Source: Moniliella sp. 'wahieum'
Lineage: Eukaryota
DNA length: 64,000 nt
Reading direction: 5' to 3'
NCBI GenBank assembly: GCA_003971905.1
Contig: RSEE01000070.1
Location: 186,001-250,000 of the forward strand
The notes under the pieces were generated by a model, which did no database searches, was not told the DNA's origin, and saw only the letters and a program-made list of their open reading frames with translations. Made by a program: the position numbers and the translations under genes. This document shows, in pieces, positions 46,094 through 59,099 of the stretch (the first letter of the stretch is position 1; each line of letters opens with the position of its first letter).

Positions 46094-49000
46094 ATGCAGC
46101 GTGCGTGTCACCTCCCCCTGTCTCCCCCGCCCCCGCTGACCCCGTCTCCAGAGCCCCCTCCCTTTGCTCGGCCCCCGCCGCCCACCATCCGCGCCAGCCC
46201 CGCTCCACCCGGTGCTCCTCGTGCGCTTGGCCCGCATCCCCATCCGCCCCCCCACCCCCACCCGCAGTCCGGCCCCCGCCTCATGCCCGCTGGCGCTGCG
46301 GCCGGAACCCGCTCCCCTGCCCCTCCCGGCGCCCGGTCGCCTGTGCCCCCAGGCGCACGCTTGCCGATGCCCCCGGCAGCACGATCGCCGATGATGCGCC
46401 CAGCCGGCGCTCCCTTGCCGCCAAACGCCGCGCACCAGCCCCAGCCCCATCCGCATCCGCGTCCGCCCTCGGCCAACCCCATGCTCGCCCCCCGGCCACC
46501 TTCGGCCGCTGGCGCTCCCTTTGCCCGCCCTGCCAGCGCTGCGCCGCCAGGAGCTCCTGTCCGCCCTCCTTCGACTAACCCACTTGTTCGTCCGCCTTCG
46601 GCTGCCCCGCTTGGCAGGCCCGCGTCGGCAGCGCCGCCCGGGGCCGCCAACAGTCCCCTGCATGCTCGGATGGCCCCTCCTCCCTTTGCAGCTGGCGCGC
46701 GGGGGCCTGCGCCTCCGCCTGGCTCCCGCTCTCCCTTGTTCCCTGCCGCTCGTCCTGGCCCAGGACCAGGTCCAGGCCAAGCTCCCGGTTCTGGCACTCC
46801 AACTCGCCCTGTTATGAGCCCAGGCCAAGCGCCCGGTTCTGGCACTCCAACTCGCCCTGTTATGTCGCCTCCGGCTGTTATGGGCCCAGGCCACCCTCCC
46901 GGCTCTGGCACTCCAACTCGCCCTGTTATGTCACCTCCGGCTGTTATGGGCCCCAGGCCGATGGCTCCTCCATCTGGCGCGGCTTCACCGCAACGAAATG
47001 GGGCTGGACCCGGTGCTGCTCTTCCTCCTGCGCCCATCATCCCCCCCGGTGCACGCAACCCGGCGCTGCGTCCGAGCGCGCCAACTCGCAAGGGCCACCA
47101 CGCGATGCAAAGCATTGACATTGGCGTGGCAGGCATTGACCTTAACAGCCAGGCGGGTCCTCACAAGACCAAGCGTGCTGCTCGTGCTTACCATACCGAT
47201 GCTACCCCGCCCGTTCAAGCGGGGGCGAATGGTGCACCGATGCCCCCTTCTGCCGCTGCAGCCGCAGCCGCAGCGGCAGCAGGCGCCCCATCGGCGGGCC
47301 AGGCTTGGCAACAGGAAGCTGCTGCCCGCGCGGCTGCCAGCGGACTTGAAGCTTGGTTGGCAGGCGAGTCGGATGCAGCCATGGACCAACTACCCGGGGA
47401 GAAAAATCTCATCTCGCAGCGCCACGCCGCTACAACCAAGCTGCCGTTGCTGGCGGGCCCAACTACCACCCTGACCTGAACGGTTCCTCGGGTATGGCTG
47501 GCCCAGCTGGGGTGGCCCAGGCTCCGCGTCCAAAGATCAACCCGGACATGATCCCGGCGCCCGTCGGCACACACGATGAAGATCAAGAGTTTTTCGACAA
47601 GGAATGGTTTGGTACCTGCTCCCGCACCATGTTGCCTCTTTCCACGACGGATTTCGCGGCGGTGGATCAAGGGAATGCGAATCCCAAGTTTATGCGCTTG
47701 TCGACTTACAATGTCCCTGCCACAGACGAACTGGCCACCCAGGCCAAGTTCCCCTCGCTCTGGTGGTGCAGCCGTTGGCCCAACTGCGGCAGGACGAGTC
47801 AGCGGTTCCCGTCATTGCCTGTACGGAGAAAGGGCCGCCGCGATGCAAGCGCTGCCGGGCGTACGTCAACCCTTGGTTTGTGTTTATCGAGGGAGGGCAG
47901 AAGATGGTATGCAACCTCTGCGGCCAAGGGTCCGAGGTGCCGCCAGAGTACTTCTGCAACCTCGATATGAACGGTCGGCGCGCCGATATTGACATGCGCC
48001 CCGAGTTGCAATGCGGCGCAGTGGACTTTGAAGTGCCTGCTGAGTACTGGGCGATCCAGGCCAAGCGTCCGTCCGACTCGCTTTTGCCCGTCCCCGACCT
48101 GCCTCCGCCCGCTAGCTCGTCGGCCCAGCTTCCAGGGTCGGAGCCTAAGGAAGCCACAGGGACCACGCTGGGCATGTCGGGCCAGGCTGGTGCCGCGGCC
48201 AAGGCCGCTACTAAAACTGCCTCGGGCGCCCTGAGCAACCTCAATTCGTTCGCCCTGGGCGGAGACGGACAAGGTCCGCGTACGGTCGTGCGTGTTCCCA
48301 AGCCCATGAATTACTTTTTCGCATTGGATGTCTCCTTCTCGGCCGTTCGCTCTGGTGCGCTCAAGGCGGCGGTGGATGGGATTCGGGAGTGCCTGTACGG
48401 CCCTCCGTCGGATCCCAAGACGGAAGAAGGCGAGGAGACCAGCAAGCCCCCCGATTCGGCCGCTGCTGGGTTCGGTCTGCCGCACGGGAGCAAAGTGGCC
48501 ATCTTGACGTTTGATCGGGCGCTGCACTTTTGGAACTTGCATCCGACATTGGAGGCGGCGCAGATGTTGGTGATTGGGGATGTGGACGAGCCGTTTGTGC
48601 CCTTGTCCGAAGGGCTGTTGGTAGATCCCTGGGAGAGTCGCAAGGCGATCGAGACGCTGCTGACCCAACTTCCTGACTACTTTGCCGAGTCGATGGTGGC
48701 CGAGGCGTGTCTTGGTTCGGCGGTGCTGGCGGCCCAAGCGTCGTTGGCGGCTGTCGGTGGTAAACTGAGCATTTTCCTCTCTACCATCCCGACCCGACCT
48801 TGGGTCCGGGCAAGCTCAAGCACCGCGAAGATACCAAGCTGTACGGCACGCCCGACGAAAGAAACTCTTTGTCACGGCCGACCCCTTTTGGCGGACGACG
48901 GGGGAGAGTTGGCGGATGCAGGCGTGGGCGTGGACGTGTTCTTCTTCCCTGCGCAGTACATTGACGTGGCGTCGATTGGCACGCTTTCCGGTCTGACGGG

Positions 49001-50236
49001 CGGCGAGGTCTTTTTCCACCCTCGGTTTGACGCGCACCGGGACACGCTGCGCTTGCACGCCCAGTTGCAACGTACCCTCTTGCGCGAGACGGGGTACAAC
49101 GTGTCGCTCCGCGTGCGCGCGAGCAATGGCCTGTACATCAAGGACTACCTCGGTAACTTTAGCCAGCCAACGTGACGGATATTGAGGCCGGCACGGTGGA
49201 TGCAGACAAGACGATTACCTGTCTGATCAAGCACGATGCAAGCTGGACGACAAGCAGGAAGCTCATTTCCAAGTGCCATGCTCTACACCACGGCCTCGGG
49301 CCAGCGCCGCGTACGCTGCCTCAACCTCGCTGTGCCCATCACCAACCAACTGGGCAACGTGTTCCGCTACGCGCACATGGACGCTGTCGTGGCGTACTAC
49401 GCCAAGGAAGCTATCGTGATGGCGATCACCAAGCCATTGAACAAGTGCGGCAGTACCTGACCAACAAGGCCGTCAGATCCTCTTGTCGTACCGCGTGCAC
49501 TGCGCTTCCGCCACCTCGCCAGGCCAACTGATCCTACCCGAATCGTTCAAGCTCTTACCGCTCTACACGCTGGGCATGCTCAAGACCAAAGCGCTCAAGG
49601 GCGGTAACGTGACATCGGACGTACGCGCAGTCTCGATGCGGTCCATTGTCCCTATCGGTGGGAGGCATCATGACTCTTCTCTACCCGCGCATGGTGGCGC
49701 TGCACAAGATGACCGAAGCGATGGGTTCCCGATCAAGGTGTTGGACGACCAGGGTCGAGCACCAAGGGTGGCGCATCAAGATCCCCGCCTTGGTCGGCCC
49801 CCTTTGCTCGGCTCGATGCGCACGGCGCGTACGTGCTGGACAATGGCGAGATGGCCGTGCTCTGGATCGGGGCCGAAGCGCAGCCCCGGCTATTGGAAGA
49901 TTTGTGGGGGGTGCAAAGTCTAGACGAAGTGGACGCACGTGCGACCCAAGTACCCGTCCTACCCTCGCGCCTGTCGCAACAGACACGTAACTTGCTCCGG
50001 TGCTTTGCGCAGCAACGGGGCAAGAAGGCGCTCCCGCTGCTCGTCGCGCGGCACGGCCGCGACGGTGCCGAAGTAGAGTTTGCAAGCCAACTCGTCGAGG
50101 ACGTCAATAACGACGCGATGAATTATGTCGATTACCTCTGCACCGTGCACCGCAAAATTACCCAGGAGGTCTCGGGCCAAGGCGCGGGCAAGGAGGAGGA
50201 GGATGCGGTATCGGCGTCTATTTGGAAAGGTGGTAA
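46094..50236 (+). CDS. SEC24: COPII coat subunit Sec24C/D (Sfb3/Lst1-like)
   Basis: Pro-rich N-terminus, PKINPDMIPAP, DQGNANPKFMRLS, zinc finger PPRCKRCRAYVNP...CNLC, YFFALDVS, GLTGGEVFFHPRF, GQLILPESFKLLPLY, gelsolin-like LDNGE, LVEDVNNDAMNYVDYLC. Probable intron 46101-46151. Confidence 0.95.
46771..46951 (+). repeat. Three coding tandem repeats PGSGTPTRPVMSP in the Sec24 N-terminus
   Basis: CCGG(T/C)TCTGGCACTCCAACTCGCCCTGTTATG occurs three times. Confidence 0.9.
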
Positions 50237-50937
50237 TGGGAGACTGCGCAATGGGCAATGGGGCACGGGGAGCTCGCCTCCCGTAATTGTCTTCCCTTGT
50301 CCTTGCCTTGCCTTGTCCTTGTCCTTGTCCTTGTCTTTGCTCGCTGCACCCTGCACATGAAAATCTATCCCCCTTTCTTCCCCAGGTGGACAATCAGGTC
50401 AATCAGATTCCTATATGCTTACTAGTCCCTGTGCGATGGCGCGATGCGATGGGACTGCAATGGACAGTGCTGTGCTCTGCGCTCCGGTTGGCTCGCTGAG
50501 CGCAGTGGACGGAGAGGTGGAGAGGGTTAACCCAGAGCACATCCGCGGTAGGCGCTCGGCCATGGAAGAGGATCCAGTTGGATTGCGCACCGGACATAGA
50601 GACAACGTCGGCCAGCAACTTGCTCGGCCTACTCCGGCCTGTGTCGGCCCTTGCAGCTGCGGCCGCAGCGCAAGGCGTGCCCAACGCATGCTCCCGCACA
50701 GCGCCAGTATCCGGGTGTAAACATGTGCTCGATGCTGGGTGCCGGATGTGACAGATGTGTGATGTGTGGACACGTGACGTGATGGGGCGAGTGGCCGAGA
50801 CACCGCACTCCCGGCGTCATCACTTCCGGGCCCTGCTTTCTTACGTCCGGCGGCCTCCTTTTGCCGCTCGCCGCTTGTCGCCGACAGTCTCCACAGGTCT
50901 CCACCTCAGCCGGCCCTCCGCTCCGCTTTTCCTTTCC

Positions 50938-53760
50938 ATGGCCACTGCCTCTGTCGCTCCCAATCTCTCATCGCCACACACCACCGCCACCCCTTCCTCC
51001 TGCTCCCCCGGCTGCTCCTGCCTCTGCACCATGCCCGGCGCCCCCCCGCGCGCGCGCCACCCGACCCCAACCCCGACCCGCCACCAGCCCAGCCCCGCCC
51101 TCCTCCGTCTCGAGCTCCCATTCCGCCTGCCTCATCCAAGGCGCATACAACAAACTCCTCTCCTTAGGTCGTCGCGGTCCCTCTAGTGCCTCCAGCAGCA
51201 CTAGTTCTACCAGCGCCAGTGCCATCCCTACCACCACTGTACCGGCCGATGGTCCGCGCACAACCGACCTTCACCCTGTGGCCTCCACGGAGACCCCGGT
51301 GCCCGATTGGGATCCAAACGCAAGCATTTGGTCCAGTCTGCTAGCTGGTCCAGCATGGTCCTCTCGGGCTCCCTCTCCCTCTCGCCCCCTCCCAAGCGTC
51401 TGCTTCCACACGATCGACAGGCCACTGCGTCCGAGACGCTCCACCAGTCCTCTTCCTCCGGCTCCGGCGGGGCGCGCACCAAAAAGACATGTACCAAGTC
51501 GCGGCGCGAATTTGGCCCTGTCGTACGTGTGCCCCGACCCACCACCATCCGCCCCCTCGATCCCTGTCTGTTGACCAAGTCCACCCATGTCCTCGTCCCT
51601 CCCCCTGCCGACCCGCCTGTTCCCGCCCACTCTGCTTCGGCCCGGTTTCAGAACCCCTGCAGCGCTGGGACATCTACCATGTCCGCAGCATGCGGTGCCT
51701 CTTCCTCTGCTAGAATGGCCGATGAGGATATGGACTGCGAGGCAGCTGACCCCATCAGCTCTGACGCTGGTCCAGCACGGACCACCGAGAAGAGTGTTGC
51801 TTCGCCACCGTCGCGCACAGTGTGGCGGGCACTCAAATCTGTGGTTGTCAACACGGATGCCTGGTCCAGCTGTCCCCATCGATGTACTGCTGACGGACCT
51901 GCGCCGACGCCGAAAACCAAAGTGCCTGTCATGGTGCGTTCTGCTTTGACGCCCAGGCCGACTTGGACATTGAGGCAAGCATGAACAAGTTGGACCTTGG
52001 TGCCCCCTCTGTCCCGTCCCATGGGAACGATAAAAGTTCCCACTCGGTCCTTACCCCACCAGCTGAACCGTTGATTCACTCTCCCTTTTTGCGGATCGAA
52101 CACTTTATGATTCCCAATCCTGCCTTGTGCCCCGCCCCTGAGGCCGGCACCCCCAACCAAGACGATGCCTCCCCCCAGGACGGGGGAAACGGTCACGGCG
52201 TTCCCTACCACCCCGGCGCGCGGGTTCATGATGCTGATCTACCTCTTCACTGGCTCGATGGAATGTGTGGATTCACGAAGAAGTGCTTGTCCCTCGCTTG
52301 CGCCTCCTGCCGAGGAAGAGAAAGAGAAACCGTGGCCCTTGACCCACACCATGTTGCGCAGGGGCAATGGTTTGTGTTTGTCCATGGGACGCGGTCTGAT
52401 CTATACGCTCAAAGCTGTCTTCCCACCTCCCCCTCCGACCCAAGTGGCGCCACAACCGCCATTACGCTCCCCGCTGTGTGCACACGCGCTTACGCTGCGC
52501 CAAGGTCTTAAGGCCAAGTTGGCTGCGCTTGCCCTAACGACTCCTCACCTTGCTCGTCCGGCAGTCGGGGGGGAGCACCGCACACTCTGCCCACCTCGGT
52601 GAGCCATGCGCGTCCACGAAGCCACGCAGAGATGGAAGATTACCGCTACGTGTCTGGCGTGCGCATTTGGCTCGACATTCCCCGCTGGGCCAAATTTTCG
52701 AGCCGAGCGGGCTGCTGTTCAATCGGTTAGACCGCTTTCCCTGCCACGACCGACTTGCCTTGTTCCTCCCCGTTTGCCGCAGAAACCATTTGCGATGCGC
52801 CACCCGCCTCCGAGGCCCAGGAGGAGGAGGCGAAATGTAATGCCAGCATGCTGCTGCTTCGTCCTCGGCCTGGGGTGAGCGAAGCGGTGCAAGGTTCCGG
52901 TTGGTCCGTCAAGGTCGTGTGCGATGTGGATGCAATACGTCCAGTCGGGTGTTGGGTCCGGCGGCAGCGAAGCACGCCACCACCACTGCCATCGCCATGC
53001 TACCTCTCCCTTGAGTCAGTGCATCCCCCCGTCCCCGCCACCCGCGTTCTCGTTGTTTGACCTCGCCCTCGCCCCGGGCGGACGGTACTTCCTCGCCCAT
53101 CCCGCCCGACCGCGCAGCCTGCGTGTACACCCTCGGCCCAGGCCTCATCTCTATCGGCGACGCCCCGCAGGCCAAGGCAAACCGTACCGAGTTGCCCGTG
53201 TATGGGAAACACGTTACGCTCCTGTTACACCACCCCGTGCCGACGACGGACCCTACTGGCACACCGGTCCCGCCCACCACTCACCCCCAGGGGCGTGTGG
53301 ATCAACCATGCCCCCCCACCTGGCGGTGGTTCCGGCGGTGGCACCTGCGGTGGTAATGAGGCTAAACCCGTTCGCGCAATCATATTTACTGCCCGTCCTA
53401 CCCCTCCAGACCAGACGGTCTGTTGGCCCTCGCCCCGATCCACTACCGTCGCTGCCGGTCGGCCGGGCGAGTGCACCCGCCTCTAACTCTGCCTCTGCAT
53501 CTGCCTCTGCTTTGCGCACCTCTACCGCCTCATCGCCTGCCCCTGTACCTGTACCCGCCCCCATGGAAGTGAGAAGGAGCAGGAGAAGGAGAAGGAGAAG
53601 GAAGTACCCGCAGTGTCCCCTTCGAGCGCAGTACGAGCGCATGTTGGCTGAGGAACAGTTCATCCTCACCTGTCCCACCGAACGCGCTATGACCATTCAA
53701 GATTGGCGCTTGGGCCGGAACGGGTTTGAGAACCGGCGGCGTTTACCGTGTAGTGCCAAG
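50938..53760 (+). CDS. Hypothetical protein (frameshifted orphan)
   Basis: Promoter-like CACGTGA and CT-rich tract before ATG 50938. Chain of overlapping plus-strand ORFs with globular-looking segments (LRVWRAHLARHSPLGQIFEPSGLLFNR; CPLRAQYERMLAEEQFILTCPTERAMTIQDWRLG). No family recognised; boundaries uncertain. Confidence 0.45.
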
Positions 53761-55009
53761 GGTGTGGTGCAAGGTTCCGTTCTCGCTCGTGAGCTCACTT
53801 TGACTTTGGCTTTCTTATCTATGCATCCGCTCCTTTCTCGGTTTTTTGCTCCACGGAGACGGGGGCATGAACTTTCTTCCCTCCTCCGCCTCCCCTCGAG
53901 CCTCACTCGTACCGATAAATCCTTACCTCCCACTGTCGTTCGCCTTTCTCCTTGTCGGCTAGTTCGTCCCCGATGGGAGTGACCCTCCTTCTGGTCTCCC
54001 CGTTTCCCGTCTTCCGCCTTCCTTCACCGCCCGGCCCCGCCTTTCTTCTGATCGATCTGAGATCTGTCGATCTGATTGTACATACCACCACCATATCTTT
54101 GTTTGTACCTACCCACAACGTCGCTTTGTACCTCCTTCCCCCTGGCCTACCATGGCCCTTATTTGCACATTCCTTTCCCCGTTGGGCTTCCTATTCTGCA
54201 CTCCCTCTGAGGTTAATTCTCCTAGGTACTAGGTCCGCTCTGGGCCCGGAGGGTCTTCTTCGTCTCAGTTGGTTGCTGCTAGTAGCTAGTAAAGCTAGTA
54301 ACTAGTAACTAGTAAGTGTGGTACTATCGATGGAGGAATGTGGCCGGCCCGCTCGCGTGCAAGCCAAAAAAAATTAACGTGTGACATGTACTTGCGTCCT
54401 GCGCGGCCGTCTCCCCCCTCCCTTCTCTTGCCCAATTAATTAAGCTAGGCTGTTGCGAGCGGCGATGTGGAGGTCAAAGAGGCCCAAGCGGGGGAGGCAA
54501 GCGGGAGGAGTGCCAGGTGGGATGGGATGTGCGAGGGAAGCAGAGCGACGCTCGGGATCCCCCGGCTGCGGCGATAGCGGACCAGCCCATCGATCTCCCT
54601 CGATCCGCCTCGACACGGCAGGCGAGGCAGTCAGTGGTCGGGGATGGCCGGGTCGGGCAAGCGGCAACCGAGGCGCTTGTCTCACATCCGGGCACAGGGC
54701 AGTGTAGTTTGGACCGGATCGGCTGTCTGTCTGCCCAGAGGCGAGGCGAAACAGGCGCGGTGAATCATTTTGTCACGCTGGTCACTGGGGTCACCAATAG
54801 TCAATTCAATGGCAGCCTTCTGGTCAAAGTGCCAAGCCAGGCCAAGCCTTGGATGGCTGCTCCATCGCTCGGTTGCCTCCACCAACTGCAGATTTGGCTG
54901 CCTGACTGCACCTCCACGGCCTGCACTGGTCACCCGATCCCTCTTCTGTCGTCCTTCCGTCGATCCACCGCAGGCGCTTCCCGCCGCTTCCTCTTGCCGT
55001 TGGCTGGCC

Positions 55010-57451
55010 ATGAACCTTGCCATGGCATCCGCACGCCGCAAGGCACGCGGCCTCGTCTCTTCCGCCCCTCCCCCTCCTCCCCGACGACGACGACGTCAGC
55101 CCTCCCCCGTCCACGCTGCCGCCCACCCCAGCCCACCCAACACCACATCCATTCTTCAAAATAAACCCCACCGCCATCCTCCCGATCCCGGTACCGATCG
55201 TACCGATCCCGCCAGCCCCGGCAAACATCTCCTCTGGTCTACCCCAATTAGCCTTTGGCCCCGCGTGCCGGACCTGTGACGCCGCCCCCACTCAGTCTAG
55301 GCTGCGTCGATGGTTCAAAAAGACCACCCGCGTCCTCAAGCGTCATTGGCTCTTTGTGGGCCCCGGCATGCTTTCTGCCACGGTACGTATTTCTTCTTGT
55401 GATCAATCCTCCCCCCTCCCCCCGGACGCTCACTCACCATTTTGTGTTTTTTTCTCCAGGCATACGCAGATCCAGGTGAGTGCGCCATCGACCCAATACT
55501 CTGTTCCAACCTTACCGGTTACCCAATGTGGTCTTGCGTTCTGACCAGTTTCTTTTTTGCCAGGCAATTGGGCTGCCAACTTGTCCTCGGGCTCGGCTAC
55601 GGGGTACAAGCTACTGTTTGCCATTCTTCTCTCGAGTCTGATTGGGATTTTGCTGCAGTCGCTGTGTGTGCGACTGGGGATCGTGACCGGCATGGACCTG
55701 GCCCAGGCGTCTCGCCGCTTGATTCTGGGCGGCCTGTCGGGCAAGATTGATCCCCGAAGCTACCGCGAACTGACAACGCGCAAGAGAAAGGGTGGTACAT
55801 TTGGAAACGGGTGCTGCTTTGGTCGTTGTACGCCATTGCCGAGGTGTCCATCATTGCCACTGAATTGGCCGAGTTGACGGCAGTGCGATCGCCATCAACT
55901 TGATTATCCCCCAGGTACCACTTTGGGGCGGCGTGTTGATCACAACGGCTGATGTACTGTTGATCTTGATGGCCTATTCGCCCGAAAAGAGCACACGTGT
56001 GTTTGAAGCGTTCATTGGTCTGCTCATGCTGGTGACCTTGATCTGCTTTTGCGTGCTGGTGCACCAAGTCCATCCTGCTGGGGCGAGGTATTTTATGGAT
56101 TTGTGCCGTCGCAACCCTGATTGAGTCCCACTCGCTTTACTTGTCCGTCGGGATCATCGGAGCTACCGTCATGCCCCATTCCCTCTTTCTGGGAAGCAAG
56201 TTCAGTACGGCCAACCGGCTGGAACAGCCCATCCGCCCGCACCCGGCCGCCAACGAGCTGGAGAGCAGTGTGGAATACGTCCATGCGTCCTGGGCCAAAC
56301 GGTGGCTGCTCAAACTGCGACAGAAGCTTTATTGGGTCTGGCCGCGACCCGATCCGGCCGGCCGCTCGCTCACGCAACGCTGGGCCAAAGGGTTGGGCAA
56401 GCTGGTCCGTCCCGTTCCGAGTGACCAAGTAGCCGACTCGACAGCCCCTCGATCTCCATTGCCTGTCCACCTGATTCGCATTCACCTGCCCCACGCGACA
56501 GCGGATATTGTGCTATCGCTGCTCGTCATGGCGCTTACCATCAACTCGCTGATTCTCATTGTGGCCGGTGCGGCATTTTACTACAACTCGACCGGTGCTG
56601 GCGGAGTGGAACGAGGCAAGGAGGTGGGATCGTTGCAGGATGCATACAATTTGCTTCGATCTTACCTCGGCAAAGGATCGGCGATTGTGTTTTCCATTGC
56701 GCTCCTCGCTTCGGCCGAAGCGGCGTCGGTGACGGTCACTTTGGCTGGGCAGATTGTCTCGGAAGGATTTATTCGATGGAAAGTGCACCCGTTTACCCGT
56801 CGCTTGCTCACCCGGTTGATTGCCATGGTGCCCAGCTTGGCCGTGTGCATCGCAGTAGGGGAAGACGGACTCAACTCCTTGCTTCGCGTCCCAAGTCATT
56901 TTATCTGTTTGCCTCCCCTTCCTCATGTTGCCCCTCATCATCCTCACCGCGCTCAAGCGCATCATGCGCGTCCGCTCCGACCACCACGACAGCAGCGTTC
57001 ACCTTGCTACTACCCTCACAGCGGTGGGAACCACGACGGCCGACCAGTCCCTCAATGAAAAGGGTAAGGATATCCTCCTGCCCACTCCGGAGGAACTGAA
57101 ACTGGGTCTGGGCCAGCCGACCTGGCCTGCAGCGACAGCTACCGACCTCAGTCAGCTCCCCAACATGCCTGCTGCTACGTTGGCGGCTACGACGCCTACT
57201 GCCACTCTCTTGGACGGAGACGGAGACAAAGTGGGATGGGAGGGCGAAAGGCCGTCGTCGCGCGACGTGCTTTCCTCAGGTCTGCCCCCTTGATTGAGCA
57301 GGCCAAGCCGGACCCGACACAGGAACAGCCCCGCGCACCTCAGGACGAGTATACCACGTTTGCCAACAATTGGTTTTGGAACTTGCTCAACGCGGCCGTG
57401 TTTTTGTTCCTCTGCATTGCTGTCCTGGCAGCGCTGGTGCAGTCCCTGTGA
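55010..57451 (+). CDS. NRAMP-family divalent metal transporter (Smf-like)
   Basis: [18 protein letters not shown] (DPGN motif across introns), [11 protein letters not shown]...[65 protein letters not shown]. Start approximate. Confidence 0.95.
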
Positions 57452-57711
57452 TTGCCGATGCTCCGTGCTTCTTCTTTTTTGTTCTTGCTGAGACTCAACG
57501 CTGAGGCTCAGCTGCGCAGTGTACCTCTTTCTCCTCACCTTTTTTCGCTCGGAATTGGACCATCATCTTTCCTCTACCTCTCCTTGCACGGACCGTGTAC
57601 CAATATCCATCAACGTGCCCTTGTACAACAGAGGTCTGGAGCCCTGATGTGATAGGCAGTAGATCCACAGAGAGTTGAATAAGACGTGCATGACAATGGG
57701 GAAAGGAGAAG

Positions 57712-59099
57712 CTAAATGTCGGGAGCAAAGCCAGCAAATGCGATGCTGGCAAAGTCTTCGATCGTTGCCTCTGGGATGGAGGAGGGTACCGCGATCGGGA
57801 TCCCGGGCAAAGAGGGTGAGTCGATTGGAGGCTTGGTTGGCCACGGCGAGATAGGACGCGTTGGCATCCAAGCTAATGCTAAAGTGGCGCGGCATCTTGC
57901 CCCCCGAAGGGATCCAGTCTTGGAACGTAATCGTGCCGTCGACAGGGTTGCGAACAAAGATGGAAATGTGGTCTTCGACCTCATCCCCGCGCGTACCCAC
58001 GTAGACGTACCGTCCATCGGGACTGACGACCACTCGGACGTGGTGCGCTGCGGGCCTGCTGTAGGTGTGCCGCCTAGTTCCACACCGGGCGGTACGGCAG
58101 ATACGGCGGCGCCAAGCGGCGTCAAGCTACCCGAGCTGCCCACGCGAAACGCTTGCACGGTGCAATTCAGTTCCTGGGCCAAGTACGCGTGCTGCGCCTT
58201 ACTCGGTGCCTTGGGGGTGAGGTCATGCGCACCCAACCGGCCACCGAGGGTGCTCAGGCCCGCAGGGTAAAATGCAATGTGCCGTGGACCCGAGCCAGGA
58301 GGGCAGTCGGTATCGTGCGCCCGTTTGGCACCTACATGCCTGGTCAACGTCGGGTGCACCTTGAGCAGGTGTACCTGGTCCGTGCCCAGGTCCGGCACGT
58401 AGACGTGGGTCCCATCGGGCGCGGTAACTACCTCGTGCGCGTACGCCGCACTTTGGGGGGGAGATACGGGGCCAATCGGCGCATCTTCCGCCCGCTTGAA
58501 CTGGAACGTGAGAAGGCCATCGGATGGATCGGGTTCTTCTTGCCCTGCTGCGCCAACTGCGCCAACTGCTCCGCCGACGGCGGGGCAGGCCCATCGATCC
58601 CGCCATCCTTGCGGAGCCGGAGGAACCCAACACTACCTCCATCGTAGTTGGCCACTATCAACCCGGCAGGCCCCGAGGTCCCTTCCTTGGCTGCCGACCC
58701 AATCAGCGCCAGGGCCACCGGACCATCGCCCCGGTCGCAGCACCGCGCAAGTCGCTCGGCTCAGATCCGAGCGGCTGCAGCAACGCGCCCGTGCTGGCCC
58801 ATAGCCGCGCAAACACCCGTCCTGGCGCCGTCTCGTCGGCGGTATAGACAATACGTTCGCCCGTGCCAAGGCGAGAATGGCAATCCAAGAGACGTGGGTG
58901 CCGAGCTCGCCTACGCTGATGGAGCGGCCGGGGGTGAGGGTGGCCGGCGGGGTAAAAAAGTACTCTTGCACATCCCCTTCGTACCCGGCGAGGAGAGCAG
59001 GACGTGCCGGGGAGGGTGGCTGGGAGCCGAGGCGGTGGCGGTGCTGGTGGCGCTGCTGCGGCCGAGCAGCTTGGGTGCGTTCTTGAGGCCAAGGCCCAT
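57712..59099 (-). CDS. Lactonase-family 7-bladed beta-propeller (6-phosphogluconolactonase / 3-carboxymuconate cyclase-like)
   Basis: LIVANYDGGSV, HEVVTAPDGTHVYVPDLGTDQV, PPGSGPRHIAF, AYLAQELNCTV, VSPDGRYVYVGTRG, SGGKMPRHFSI, YLAVANQASN. Confidence 0.88.

Noticed and set aside
19332..48737. Long antisense ORFs overlapping PIM1, PUS7, SIZ1 and SEC24
   Set aside because: Shadow ORFs expected from high GC content and codon bias; no motifs of their own.
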